From Octopus sinensis (taxonomy: Eukaryota): a stretch of 64,000 nucleotides of DNA. The position numbers and the translations under genes are program-made. The stretch spans positions 160,828,001 through 160,892,000 of the forward strand of contig NC_042999.1 of NCBI RefSeq assembly GCF_006345805.1. Reading direction: 5' to 3'. Below are positions 9,680 to 23,113 of the stretch, piece after piece; positions within the stretch are counted from its first letter, which is position 1, and every line of letters starts with the position of its first letter. The notes beneath the pieces were generated by a model. The model was given only the letters and a program-made list of their open reading frames with translations. It was not told where the DNA came from and did no database searches.

Positions 9680-11878
9680 TGCCATGATTGTGATTTTGCT
9701 CAGCTTGATGGATCTTTTTCTCAAGCATGACATAATACCTCTGTGGGACCCAACACTGAAAGGGAACTCAGCCAATATGCTTCCATGAGGCCCAACACTC
9801 GGAAGGAACTCAGCCACTTTGCCTCTGTGAAGTCCAGTGCTTGAAAGCTGTTCTTTACATGCACCAGCACAGGTGCACTTGGCTTGACAGGTCCTCTCAA
9901 GCACAGCACATGGCCAAAGATCTCGATCATTAGTCACTGTCTCTGTGAGACTCAAAGTTTGAAGATCATGCTTCATCACCTTGTTCCATGTCTTCCTGGC
10001 TCTGCTTCTACCACTTGTTCCCTCCACAAAGATTGACACTTTACACAGCTGTCCTTGTCCATACGCATCATACGGCCTCACCAGCACAGTCATCTCCCTT
10101 GCCCACCACATCTGATGCCTCTTATGCCTAACTTTTCTCTCAAGATGCTTACACTCTGTTGAACATGCACACTGACATTGCACATCCAACGAAACATACT
10201 GGCTTTATTTCTTTTAACCCTACGCATCTCCTCAGCTGTCACAGCCCATGTAACATAACTGTTCGCACACAGGCATCAAACAATCTGCCTTTCACTCTGA
10301 GAGAGAAGCCCTTGGTTGCCAGCAGGGTTGGGAGCTATCTGAAGTTTGCTCATCCTAATCTTATTGTCACAGCTATGTTCTCGGAGTATCCACCTTCACC
10401 ACTAACTTGGTCACCCCGTTAACCTTCCCCTGATATTGCTGCACTGGGTGCATCTTATGGAGTTTCTACTTACACCATTTCTACAGATTGAGCAGGGCCA
10501 TATACCTGAAGGGATTTGTGATTTGTCTGCTTTCCTACTTACTAAGACTTTGGTTTTTGCAAGGTTAACTCTAAGGCCCTTTGATTCTAGACCTTGCTTC
10601 CATACCCAAAACTTCTCTAGTTCTGGTAGTGATTTAACTATAGTGGAGGGGAGGTACGACGACGAGCTCGGGGCGAACCTGGACGTCGACGAGGAGTACC
10701 TGACCCGCCTGTTCGGGACGACTTTCGGGCCAGGGCCCATGGACAACTTCCAGAGATCCCTGGCCTGGCAGTGCTACGAGAAGCGCTACCCGTTCGGGAT
10801 AAGCTCTACAGACACGGCTCGAGAAACACGGGGCCGACCTGCCCGAGATGCGGTCAGAGCGACGAAACCGTTCTGCACGCACTCGTTCAGTGTCCAACAA
10901 TTTCCGACCTGTGGGCTTATGTCGAACAACTGCTGTCACGTGTGGGACGAGTCGGTTTATCAGCTGAGTCTATCGTCAATATTGTCACGCCTCCTTCCTT
11001 CAAACGGGAAGGAAGAGCTATTTTCATCATCCTTGTGGCTATGGCGAAAGAATGTATCTGGTGGACGCGTCTGAAAGGATTGGAGACAAACACTTTCCTC
11101 TCTGGTCAATCTCTCATCAACTTCTTCAAGTACCACTTGAAAAGGAAAGTGAGAGTAGAGAGGCAAGTTTTGTCTAGCGAATGTTTTAAAAAAAGATGGG
11201 TGAATGTAGCAAGAATGGCACGTATGAATGACGAAGCCACCTTGAGCATAGTCCTATGAACCCAGAAATCGAAAACAGAGAGTTGCTTATTTGCAAAAAA
11301 AAAAAAAAAAAAAAAAAAGAAATATAAAATGTGACTTCATTGACCGAGGTTACCGTGGTCTTTTCCGTAGGCTTTTCTTTCCACGGGTAAACCTCACCTG
11401 TCCTCCCCTTTACACTTCATATTGACATTTCTGTGATAATGATCCCTATTGATCAATTTTTTTTCCTCTCCCCCTTTTTTTATTTTTTTTTTTTGACCCC
11501 CCCTTCTTTTTGTCCTCTTTCTCTCCTTTTACGATCCCTTTTGATCGAAACTCCCCCTTCCTTTTTTTTTTTTTTTTTTTTTTTTAAACCTTCAAAAGAA
11601 AAGCTCTACCTTGTAATTTGTTCTATCTGTGTGCAGCCCTGTGTGGCTAATAAAGAAACATAACTATAAGAGCAATGTCATCAGCATAGAGAAGCTCTCA
11701 GGAGCAGCCTGTCTTGAATTCCTCTGTTATTGCCTGGAGGACTATGATGAACAAGAGAGGGCTGAGAACCAATCCTTGGTGAACCCCTACGTGTACCTGG
11801 AATTCTTCACTATACTTATTGCCAACCCTCACCTTACTGGTAGCATCCCTGTACATAGCTAGTACAGCTCTTACACAG
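9680..11878 (-). pseudogene. Degraded RTE LINE fragment interrupted by a Tx1/L1-like insertion
   Basis: Minus-strand peptide SLPELEKFWVWKQGLESKGLRVNLAKTKVLVS...WPCSICRNG matches the RTE RT at 14621-16000. Confidence 0.85.
10643..11660 (+). mobile_element. 5'-truncated Tx1/L1-clade LINE (zinc-knuckle C-terminus + 3' UTR)
   Basis: ORF 10771-11259 has CPRCGQSDETVLHALVQC (CX2CX7HX4C, zf-RVT-like); T-rich 3' UTR ending aataaagaaac; flanked by TSD taactata (10635-10642, 11661-11668). Confidence 0.85.
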
Positions 11879-12759
11879 CTCTTACCAACCAGTACAGGGG
11901 CTAAAATATAGATGAATAATATCTTTTATAAATGAATATAAAAAAGTGCACCAGAGTATTTCTATTTGCTTCGAAGCGTGCTGAGAGTAAAAGAAGTTTC
12001 AGAACCATGGCTTTAACACAACTAAAACGTTAGGGATCACCAACAGAGTGGCCATGCTGGGGCACTGCCTTGGGGGATTTTTTAGTTGAACAAATCAACC
12101 CCAGTACTTACTTTTTTTAAACCTGGCACTTTTCTATTGGTCACTTTTGCTAAACTGCTAAGTTAGAGAGATGTAAACACACCAACATTGGCTGTCAAGT
12201 GGTGGTAGGGGACAAATGTAGACACACACACACATACACATGCACACACACACATGCACACACACATGCACACATCCTTTAAGTTCATTTACAGGAAACG
12301 TTTTTGAGTAGGTATATAAAAGCTCCTATTTTATTACGTCGGCTACAGCCTAATGATACCAACTAGCAATAGCAGTTTTATGGGGCTGTACTGAGCTGTG
12401 CTGATATAATGTAGGATAAATATAGTAATAATAATAATAATAATAATCCATGAATGGAATTTATGAATAATGTAATGCATCACTACCCTTGTTTCCACAA
12501 ATCACATGTTTCTTATGATCATAGTCCATATTCCTGGGATAGTTACAGTGCAACCTGTAGTATTCATGGACATCAGGTGGTTCGTAGTTCATGTGTTCAT
12601 TTTTTCTGGTAATATGGCTCTAACAGTGGAAGCAGCAACTGTATAACTGAAAGAGGTTTATCAATTTTCACTAATCAAAAGTTTTATTGGCAGTTCTGTG
12701 TGTATCTTCAAAACAAGAGAAAATAAAAACCAACTAAAAAAAAAAAGTTATTTTCCTAT

Positions 12760-13150
12760 GCAGGAGTGGCTGTGTGGTAAGTAGCTTGTTTACCAACCAC
12801 ATGGTTCTGGGTTCAGTCCCACTGCGTGGCACCTTGGGCAAGTGTCTTCTACTATAGCCTCGGGCCGACCAAAGCTTTGTGAGTGGATTTGGTAGACGGA
12901 AACTGAAAGAAGCCCGTCATATATATGTATATATATATATGTATGTGTCTGTGTTTGTCCCCCTAGCATTGCTTGACAACCGATGCTGGTGTGTTTACGT
13001 CCCCGTAACTTAGCGGTTCGGCAAAAGAGACCGATAGAATAAGTACTGGGCTTACAAAGAATAAGTCCCGGGGTCGAGTTGCTCGATTAAAGGCAGTGCT
13101 CCAGCATGGCCGCAGTCAAATGACTGAAACAAGTAAAAGAGAAAGAGAGA
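12760..13150 (+). mobile_element. tRNA-derived SINE family A
   Basis: A box TGGCTGTGTGG, B box GGTTCAGTCCC, CORE-like accttgggcaagt, internal TA/TG tract, tail gactgaaacaagtaaaagag; multiple copies in window. Confidence 0.9.
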
Positions 13151-13714
13151 GATGCTACATGCTATATCATTGTACCACCAGAAGTAATTAAAAGGACCAT
13201 TTATGAAAACCTCATTTGTCAACTCAGACAATGAACTACAACAGAATGGGTTTACTTCCTGACCTTACAACATCTGGATTCATTGAGGATGTGCCTGCTG
13301 TGACCAAGGTCACACAAATGAACTATACTACCCATCCCAGCACCTGCATACACATATCAAAATGAGTCCAACATCACCACACACTCCTTCCTCTCCTTTC
13401 TCTCTTTCCATCACCTTCTATCCCTACCAAATACACACAGAACTGTCTACATACCTCAATAAACCTTTTGATTGGTGAAAATTGATAAACCTCATTTGGT
13501 TATACATGTATCGCTTCCAACGTTAATGCCATATCACCTGAAGAAGTGAACAAAAACTATGATCCACTTGATGCCATGGATACTACAGACTGTTTTGTAA
13601 TCATCCTAAGAATATGGACTATGATTGTAAGAAATGGGTTTGTGGAAATGCATGTAGTGATGCATTAAATTACAAATTTATTTGGATATTCCATCCATGG
13701 ATTATTATTATCAT

Positions 13715-16468
13715 CAGTGACTTTAAGCTTGAGGCCAGAAGGACTCCAAGAAACAAACCAATCCAGAAAAGAAGGATTTGGAGGCTAAAGAACCCTTCAC
13801 ATGGTCAGAAATTTAGGGACATACTCATCAAGAAATTTGATGAGAGAGAGGAGGAGCTTCAGACGTCAGACATAGAAGGTAGCTGGGAATTCCTACGGGA
13901 CAGCTTGTTGAGTGCCACAGACCAAGTCTGTGGATGGTGCAAAGTCCCTTCCAGACCTAGAATTACGTGGTGGTGGAATAGTGCAGTAGATAAAGCCATC
14001 TGTGAAAAGAGACGGGCCTGGAAAGCCTGGAAGGATGGGGGTAACAGGGAACTGTACCAGATAGCCAAAAGGGAGGCTGGGCGGCAGATCTACATTGCCA
14101 AAGATGTAGCAGAAAAGAAGAAGTTTGCCAACGTCCAGCGTCGCGAGGATCAAAGAGCTGAAGTATTTCGGATTGCCAGACAGTGTGTCAGAGAAAATAG
14201 CGATGTTATAGGAGAGAAATGTGTCCGCATGGATGATGGGGCACTTGCTTTTACTACAAGTGAAAAGAAAGAGGCTTGGAGAAGCCATTATGAAAGACTG
14301 CTGAATGAGGAGAATGAATGGGAGGAAGAGAGCCTGCCAAATGTTGACCCAGTAGAGGGACCAGCTACCCGAATAGACAGCTCCCTTGTAGATAAGGCAA
14401 TTAAGGATATGAAACCAGGCAAAGCCCCTGGCCTATCAGGAATCACTGCTGAGATGCTTAAAACAGCTGGCTATGTGGGCTATACCATAGTCACCCGCAT
14501 TGTAAACCAGGTAGTTCACAATGGAGTCATACCAATGACTGGTGCAGCAGCACCATAGTCAACTGCTACAAGGGTAAGGGTGATGCTCTAGATAGAAATA
14601 ACTACAGAGGTATCAAACTGTTGGACCAGGTGATGAAGGTCTCAGAGAAGGTCATAACCAATCTCATTAGGGAGAGAATTTGTTTAGATGAAATGCAGTT
14701 CGGCTTTGTACCAGGTAGAAGCACCACTGATGCTATATTCCTGGTCCGACAACTGCAGGAGAAGTACCTAGCTAAAGATAAACCCCTCTACATAGCTTTT
14801 GTAGACTTGGAGAAAGCCTTTGACAGGGTTCCCCGTTCCCTTATCTGGTGGTCAATGCGGAAACTGGAGATTGAAGAATGGCTAATAAGGGCTGTACAGG
14901 CTCTATACAGAGAGGCTGTCAGCAAGGTTAGGATTGGCAACGAATATAGTGAAGAATTCCGGGTAGAAGTAGGTGTGCACCAGGGCTCAGCCCTCAGTCC
15001 CCTTTTATTCATCATAGTCCTTCAGGCAATAACAGAGGAATTCAAAACGGGATGCCCCTGGGAGCTCCTCTATGCCGATGACCTAGCTCTCATAGCAGAA
15101 TCACTACCGGAACTAGAAGAGAAATTTCGGGTGTGGAAGCAAGGGTTGGAATCAAAGGGCCTTAAAATAAATGTAGCAAAGACCAAAGTATTAGTAAGCA
15201 GCAAGAGGTACTCAGCACACATCCCCTCGGGTAGGTGGCCCTGCTCAACCTGTAGGAAAGGTACAGGTAGGAACTCCATAAGATGCACCCAATGTAAGTT
15301 ATGGACACATAAGAGGTGCAGCAACATTAAAGGGAAATTAACAGATAAGATAGCTTTCATGTGCGGCAGATGCACAGGGACAATAGACACAACAGACACT
15401 CAGAAAACAGATTCCATCACACTCCAGGGAGAGAAACTAGAAGTAGTTGATAGTTTCCGCTACCTGGGTGACCAAGTTAGTAGCGGAGGTGGATGCACAG
15501 AGAGTATCACCACTAGAATACGAATAGCCTGGGCAAAGTTCAGAAAGCTCCTACCCCTACTGGCAACAAAAGGTCTCTCCCTCAGAGCAAAAGGTAGATT
15601 GTATGATGCATGTGTGCGAACTGCCATGCTTCACGGTAATGAAACATGGGCTGTGACTGCAGAAGACATGCGTAGACTTGAAAGAAATGAAGCTAGCATG
15701 ATCCGCTGGATGTGTAGTGTCAGTGTGCACGCAAAACAGAGTGTAAGTATCCTGAGAGAAATGCTGGATATAAGAAGCATCAGATGTGGTGTGCAAGAGC
15801 GACGCTTGCGATGGTATGGTCATGTGCTGCGGATGGATGAAGAGAGATGTGTGAAGAAGTGCCACTCCCAAACAGTTGAAGGTATCAGGGGGAGAGGTAG
15901 ACCCAGGAAGACATGGGATGAGGTGGTCAAGCATGACCTCAGAGCATTGGGCCTCACTGAGGCAATGGCGAAGGACCGAGATCTTTGGAGATATGCTGTG
16001 ACTACAAAGACCCGGGCTGCTTTCTGCAGCAATTCCACATACCCCCTACCCATTCTAAGTACCCCGGATCCCCAAGAGGCAATGGCGAAGGACCGAGATC
16101 TTTGGAGATATGCTGTGACTACAAAGACCCGGGCTGCTTTCTGCAGCAATTCCACATACCCCCTACCCATTCTAAGTACCCCGGATCCCCAAAGTACCCC
16201 GGACCTCGTTGCCCCCGTGCCGCTGACACGTTAAAATGCTCGAACCGATCGTGACGATGCCGGACCCTCCGGCCCCTGTGCAGGTGGCACGTAAAAAGCA
16301 CCCAATCCACTCTCGGAGTGGTTGGCGTTAGGAAGGGCATCCAGCCGTAGAAAACCTGCCAGATTCAGACTGGAGCCTGGAGCGGCCCCTGGCTTCCCAG
16401 ACCCGGTCGAACCGTCCAACCCGTGCTAGCGCGGAAAGCGGACGTTAAACGATGATGATGATGATGAT
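13715..16468 (+). mobile_element. 5'-truncated RTE-clade LINE with reverse transcriptase (one frameshift near 14533)
   Basis: ORFs 13614-14558 and 14621-16234 give KAPG, QFGF..GRSTTDAIF, FVDLEKAFD, GVHQGSALSP, LLYADDL, RLRWYGHV, RGRGRPRKTW; (GAT)n tail. Confidence 0.95.
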
Positions 16469-16689
16469 ATGAATGTTTATATGTGATGGGTTTCTTTCGG
16501 TTTCTACCTACCAAATCCACTCATAAGGCCCAAGTGGGACTGAACTTGGAACTATGTGGTTGGGAAGCAAGCGTTTTACCAAACAGCCATGTCTGTGCTA
16601 ATATATTCATAAACAGTTGCTCTGAACAACATTTTTCTCTCAAAAACATACCAGTTTTATTTGAGCAGGTTATGATCAATGGTATTCTT

Positions 16690-16922
16690 GGCGGCGTGCT
16701 TGGCAGAATCGTTAGCATCCGGTCGAAATGCTTAGTGGTATTTCGTCTGCCGTTATGTTGTGAGTTCAAATTCCGCCGAGGTCGACTTTACCTTTCATCC
16801 TTTCGGGGTCGATAAATTAAGTACCAGTTACGCACTGGGGTCGATGTAATCGACTTAATACCTATGTCTGTCCTTGTTTGTCCTCTCTATGTTTAGCCCT
16901 TTGTGGGTAATAAAGAAATAGG
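16690..16922 (+). mobile_element. SINE family C (Nin/Deu-domain-like)
   Basis: A/B-box-like head (tggcagaatcg...gagttcaaattcc), central ctttcatcctttcggggtcgataaattaagtacc, tail aataaagaaatagg; partial copy at 41464-41601. Confidence 0.75.
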
Positions 16923-17884
16923 CTTTCTTGCCATAATCATCCAGTCCTTTGAAAGAGTTTGTCTTTACCTTGTCCAGTACATGTTTTCGAGGCAGATTAA
17001 GCAGTGATCATGTGAAGTTCCTCTTTCAAGTATCATACAAAGTACCTGGCAGCATTTAGTTATGTATATTTATCTTTTGAGGAGTTGAAATTCTGTTGAA
17101 GTCAACATTGTCTTTTATTCTTTTGGAAGAGGGTTTGACAAAATAAGTTCAAATTTCATCAGAGTTAACACTGCCATTTATCCTTAGACTGCTGTAAAAT
17201 TCATAATTACACTTAATCATCTGCTCCTATCCTTGTATTTCATAACCTCTTGAGATCCTTTTGTCTTTCCATTCCTCTGTGAAAATATTCTCAAATTATG
17301 TAAAACATAAAAAATGATCAATGCACTCTAGGCTATATCTTATATATCAGTATCTTTGAATTTCAATTCAACCTAGATCCCAACTAGTTGTAACATGTAA
17401 ACTACACATGTTTTTTCTAAGATTAAAGGCATTCCAGCATTGACCTCTTGGTTCACATATACATCACACACACTGTCTACCTGTATAAAGAATACAACTT
17501 AGTCTTTACTTGTACTGGACACCAGCAACAAATACTTCCAGTTATTCTGATTCACAGTCCCCATTGGACTCCTTCAGGTACTACAAGTTATTAGATTTGT
17601 CTTTTTGTTTGTGTGTGTTGAGGCCATCTATCTCTGTACATCTTCTCTTAGTTCACATTCATATCATACTAACACTGCTAGTGCAGTGACTGAAATGTTT
17701 ATGATTATGAACTCTCTACAACAATTCTACGAAAAACAACCTTTCTGAACCTATGACACCTGTTTCCAAACTTAATGGAAACCATCATATACAAGTACTT
17801 CTTCAATAATAATCTTAACCTTTTAGACAATAGTATTTAGTATACATCATTCAGGTAATATATTAAACCTCCATTTGAGGGCCA

Positions 17885-18290
17885 CAGAAGTGGCTGTGTG
17901 GTAAGTAGCTTGCTAACCAACCACATGGTTCCGGGTTCAGTCCCACTGTGTGGCATCTTGGGCAAGTGTCTTCTGCTATATCCTCGGGCCGACCGAAGCC
18001 TTGTGAGTGGATTTGGTAGACGGAAACTGAAAGAAGCCTGTCGTATATATGTATATATATATATATGTATGTGTGTGTGTTTGTGTGTCTGTGTTTGTCC
18101 CCCTAGCATTGCTTGACAACCGATGCTGGTGTGTTTACATCCCCGTAACTTAGCGGTTCGGCAAAAGAGACCGATAGAATAAGTACTGGGCTTCCAAAGA
18201 ATAAGTCCCGGGGTTGATTTGCTCAACTAAAGGCGGTGCTCCAGCATGGCCGCAGTCAAATGACTGAAACAAGTAAAAGAGGAAAGAGTA
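17885..18290 (+). mobile_element. SINE family A copy, inside a piggyBac-type MITE (~17819-18494)
   Basis: Near-identical to 12760-13150; flanks ttaaccttttag ... ctgaaaggttaa resemble the MITE at 34877-35097. Confidence 0.85.
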
Positions 18291-19445
18291 AGAGCCATAT
18301 CAGGCCCAAATATTTGACCTATTTTATGTTTAAACTGACCGGATCTGGCCTCTCATACCTACCCTACACTGTCATCTTAAACCTGAACAGCCACATCATT
18401 GAAATCTCAAAGTTTTGAGATAATACCTGATTAATCCAAAATAATGTGAATAAATAAGTATTCCATTTGACAGAATAATGTGAATGCTGAAAGGTTAAAC
18501 TATTTCCCACCAACCCTTTGATAACTGGAGACTTACTTGCATCATACATTAATGGTCTCTTGATATTGATAACTTTGGCAAAATCATAACATCAGTAAGT
18601 ATTTTACTAATCCTAGAATCAGAAACTGAAAGCCGAGTTACTCACCTATGGATTTCCCCCTCCCATCTCATCTCTTGAATAAGAAGTTTCTTGTCAGACT
18701 GCTCTAGGGCACTGACCAGTTTCTGACCCACATCCTGTTATCAATGCATTATCCCAAGATTCTTTTGTGAACTACACTCTTCTGTCTATAACTTAATGAC
18801 CTTATTGCTGCCACTATTATCACCATCCACTCTTGTAAAAGTACCACCAACCTTGAACAATAGTGGCCAAGTTTATTTTGTTACAGAATGTTATCTAAAA
18901 ATTGCAGAATACATTCTATACTTTATAGACAACTCCCATCAATCTAATTATAATAAGACATTAAATGAAACAAAAAATGATTTAGAGAGGGAATTTATTC
19001 ATAAAAGCAAAAATCATTTAATAATTTTGTAAGTTTAAAAATGATAAATTCCATTTTTTTTAATGAAATAAACTTTTATTATATTTCATTAAAATATACC
19101 TGTTATGTGTAGTTTGGGTTCTAATGGGATAGACAACCAAATGAAAACCATTGTTATTGTTTACCTGTTTATTTACTTGTCATGTTACATGGACTCGACA
19201 GTCAGCGTAGTAATACATTATATACTTTACACATAGTTTGTACTATTCACTAACAAAATAGTGCCAAGAGTGGGGATGCACGTATACACAGATATGAATG
19301 TGTAACAATACCTTATCTCACAGAAGTTTTTCACAAAACTCTGGGGTTCCCTGAAATTCAATTTGGAAAGCATCTATTGATTTCAGTGTCATAAACCTAG
19401 ACATTTCACACCAGACTTGCACAGCTTCCATGAACAGAGATTTAA

Positions 19446-19666
19446 CCCTTTCGTTACTGTATTTATTTTGAGATGCTCTGTGTTTCTCCCAATTATTTTA
19501 AATATAACAAAGAATTTAGTAAAATAACTTAGTTATCATTATGCTAGTGTTAGGAACAGTATTTGTGACTAAGGTTTGGTGGAAGATGTAAATTAAAAAC
19601 TTATGAAAACAAGACATTTGTACTACAGAGCCAGAGCCGGTTTCAGCCGGGTTGGTAACGAAAGGG
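19446..19666. mobile_element. piggyBac-type MITE
   Basis: TTAA|ccctttcgttac ... gtaacgaaaggg|TTAA. Confidence 0.9.
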
Positions 19667-20019
19667 TTAAAAAGAAATCCATGTGCACATAACAGCCTAG
19701 TCTCTTTCGATGCCACGAACAACACACAATTGAAATCTTCAAAGTTACTACAACTGCTTGACATCTTGACCAGTTACTAAACCCTCTTAAGTAGAATTTA
19801 TATTGATGTACTGCTTACAGATCTGCTCCTACACACAAGCACTCTAAATGAAGGGGAAAAGAAAAAGTTCACTTACCAACACTCTACAACTGACTCATAG
19901 ATGTGTTATTTCTTCTCTCTCTGTTCTACTGATATTATAACATTATTGTTACTACTCCTCTGAACTAGATTGCTTCATGCATCTTGCACCCAATATCTTT
20001 TAATTGCTGCAGTCATCAG

Positions 20020-20400
20020 ACTGCAGCCATGCTGGGGTGCTGCCTTGAAGAATTTTTAGTTGAATGAATCAACCCCAATATGTTTTTCTAAACATGGTAC
20101 TTATTTCTATTGATCTCTTTTGCAGAACTGCTAAGTAGCAGAAGTGTAAGCACACTAACATTGGTTGTCAAGTAGTGATGGGGGACAAACATAGACACAA
20201 AAGGGAGAGGGAGGGAGAGAGACACACACACACACACACACACACATGATGAGCTCTTTTCAATTTCCATATACTGAATCCACTCACAAGACTTCCATTG
20301 GCTCAAGGCTATAATAAAAGACACTCGCTCAAGGTGCCATGCAATGGGACTGAACCTAGATCCATGTGGTTGGGAAGCAAGCTTCTTATCACACAGCCAC
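20020..20400 (-). mobile_element. Old diverged SINE family A copy
   Basis: Degenerate reverse complement of family A head and tail. Confidence 0.7.
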
Positions 20401-21012
20401 ATCCTATCATTTCTTTCCTTTCCATCACAACTATTGTGACTTCACTCCCAGATCCTACATTAAGCAGCTTTCATAATAATCCCTTTTCAAAATTAAAACT
20501 CTTTGGAATTATTTTCATATTTATGCTGGGGTTGTTAAGGGCTGTCATAGCAATAGGTCTCCAAGAAAAACAATACACTGGGACTCCTGTGTGCACAACT
20601 ACAGTATACACAAATTAGTACTGGACTCTCAGACTTGTGGGGTTCTCAGGCAACTTCCCATTATGCCCTGTTTTTACTACAGATGTTAAGATACAGATGT
20701 TTAAACTGAACATCAATCAGTCTGAGAAAGCCTTCAAAGGTCATGAGTACCAATTTTCCTTCATTAATTAATAATGAAAGGTACAAATACATCTAGAGGG
20801 TGAGCAAGTGTTTGAAAGGTCTTAATTTATAAAAGATTTTTAATTTGGACAATAGTATTTAGTATACATCATTCAGGTAATATATTAAACCTCCATTTGA
20901 GGGCCATATTCATGAGTGGCTTAAAGTTTCAAGCAGAAGATGTTGATGTTGGGCATGTGTGAATATGGAAAGTAAGAGTCGAGTACAAGATAATGTCATT
21001 GGTGTATGCTTG

Positions 21013-21385
21013 TGGATGGAAGCACTCCGTCGGTTACGACGACGAGGGTTCCAGTTGATCCGAATCAACGGAACAGCCTGCTCGTGAAATTAACGTGTAA
21101 GTGGCTGAGCACTCCACAGACACGTGTACCCTTAATGTAGTTCTCGGGGATATTCAGCGTGACACAGAGAATGACAAGGCCGGCCCTTTGAAATACAGGT
21201 ACAACAGAAACAGGAAGTAAGAGTGAGAGAAAGTTGTGGTGAAAGAATACAGCAGGGATCACCACCATCCCCTGCCGGAGCCTCGTGGAACTTTAGGTGT
21301 TTTCGCTCAATAAACACTCACAACGCCCGGTCTGGGAATCGAAACCGCGAGTCCGCTGCCCTAACCACTGGGCCATTGCACCTCC
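21013..21385 (-). mobile_element. tRNA-derived SINE family B
   Basis: Minus strand starts ggaggtgcaatggcccagtggttagggcagcggactcgcggtttcgattccc (A/B boxes); near-identical copy at 37072-37459. Confidence 0.9.
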
Positions 21386-21845
21386 TGTAGGTTTGTAATT
21401 GGTTGGAGATAATAGAGAGACTATTGTCTAATTAACTGAGCTAAAAAATTAGGTTAACATCAATGAAATATGTTACTAGTCAAGTGCAAAAGTTGATTTA
21501 ATCAATTATATCCCCTTACATGTGTGGCATTGTAAACAATTAGAAATCCATCATCTAAATACAAGGAAAGATTTATGATTCTGATAAAGAAAATTAAATT
21601 AGATGGAATCTAGATTTAGTGTGAGAGGAAAGTAGGTTTGATCACTGTTCTGTTATGGAGTTCATTCAGCATGGTGGAAGTTGCAGAATTTGTTGCAATA
21701 GTGTGTTGTAATAGGGTGAACGATAACAAGCAAGTCTGCTTTTGTAGTCACTTGAGACTAATGGAAACGTACTCAACTTGTAAATAATCTCAGTTAATTT
21801 CAAACTAAAAGCATTAAGACTACATGTTTTGTTTTCTTCTTTCAG

Positions 21846-22078
21846 TGCAGACACTGTTTACTCAACCCATTCTGCTCGTCCTTCTTTGATTGGTGATCGT
21901 CCACTTGTACTGCAGGATTTTCTTTTTGCAGTAGCAGCTTTCGCATGCCATTTGTTCACAATTGGCATTGCAGCAAGCATTGGAGTAATTGTTATAGAAT
22001 GGTTACATGAATTCCCTGAATCCAGAACAGTCTTACTTTCTATACCACCTATGACTTTTGGAATTACAAGTGCAATTG
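21846..22078 (+). CDS. SLC16/MCT-like transporter, coding exon 2 (TM1-TM2)
   Basis: Acceptor ttcttctttcag|, peptide FLFAVAAFACHLFTIGIAASIGVIVIEWLHEFPESRTVLLSIPPMTFGITSAIG, donor G|gtaaaa (phase 1). Confidence 0.85.
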
Positions 22079-22914
22079 GTAAAAAGATTTTATTTTTTCG
22101 AATTTGGTATTGAATGACTACTTTTTTTCCTATTTCCATTTTTAAGGTTGCTATTTTAAAAAAAAATTTTCTGTAAGCATTTAAAATTTCCGTTTTGATT
22201 CCATTAATTAATCAAAAAAAAAAAAGATTCATCTAACAACTTTTTCATGCAGATGGTGTATCTGAGCACTTAATCTCTATGTGGTACACACGTGTGCATG
22301 CACGTTATTATCCTAAGTACACTTTAGTGTAGTGGTGATACACACTTTTGAAACAGAACTGTTAGGTATAGGTTCTCATGACCTAGATCCTCTTGAGCAG
22401 TTGAGTTCATTAGATTAATGAAGCATACATTAATTTCAATGTTCTATTACTGTTTTAGTTAAAGTTGTGAACATCTATGGTAATTTTATATCTAGGCATA
22501 TGGAACCAATATTTTAGCTGAGTGCTGGGCAACTACCAGGCTATTTCACATCCTATGGAGGCATATACTTTTGAAAACTTTGAGCTATTGCTTTAAGTTT
22601 GCAACACAAATCTTTATTATCAACTATTTGCATCTGACTCCCACCTAAATGGTGCCAACTTTTGAGTTTCATAAACAAGTTGCTTTGTCAAAAACCATGT
22701 AGAACACAAAACTACTAAATTTATTTTAAATTGCAACTCATTTTTGCCAGTTGAGCGAACTGGAGCAATGTGAAATAAAGTGTCTTGCTCAAGGACACAG
22801 TGTGTCACTGGGAATTGAACTCACAACCTTATGATAATGAGCCAAATACCTTAGCTACTAAGCCACACCTCGTCTCTGTCACATGTAATGATTATTTATT
22901 AATTTCATATCGTC

Positions 22915-23113
22915 TGGCACCTGTGCAAGTGGCACATAAAAAGCACCCACTACACTCTCAGAGTGGTTGGCGTTAGGAAGGGCATCCAGCTGTAGAAACA
23001 CTGCCAGATCAGACAGGGCCTGGCGCAGCCTTCTGGCTTCCCAGACCCCAGTTGAACCATCCAACCCATGCTAGCATGGAAAACGGACGTTAAACGATGA
23101 TGATGATGATGAT
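22915..23113 (+). mobile_element. RTE LINE 3'-end fragment
   Basis: Matches RTE 3' UTR and (GAT)n tail. Confidence 0.85.

Noticed and set aside
12760-12835. tRNA genes at SINE heads (also ~21320-21385, ~37385-37459)
   Set aside because: A/B boxes are present but continue into SINE bodies in multiple copies; no complete cloverleaf supported.
21851-22078. Alternative acceptor tgcag| at 21850
   Set aside because: Phase 1, incompatible with the phase-2 donor at 8021; not excluded if another upstream exon exists.
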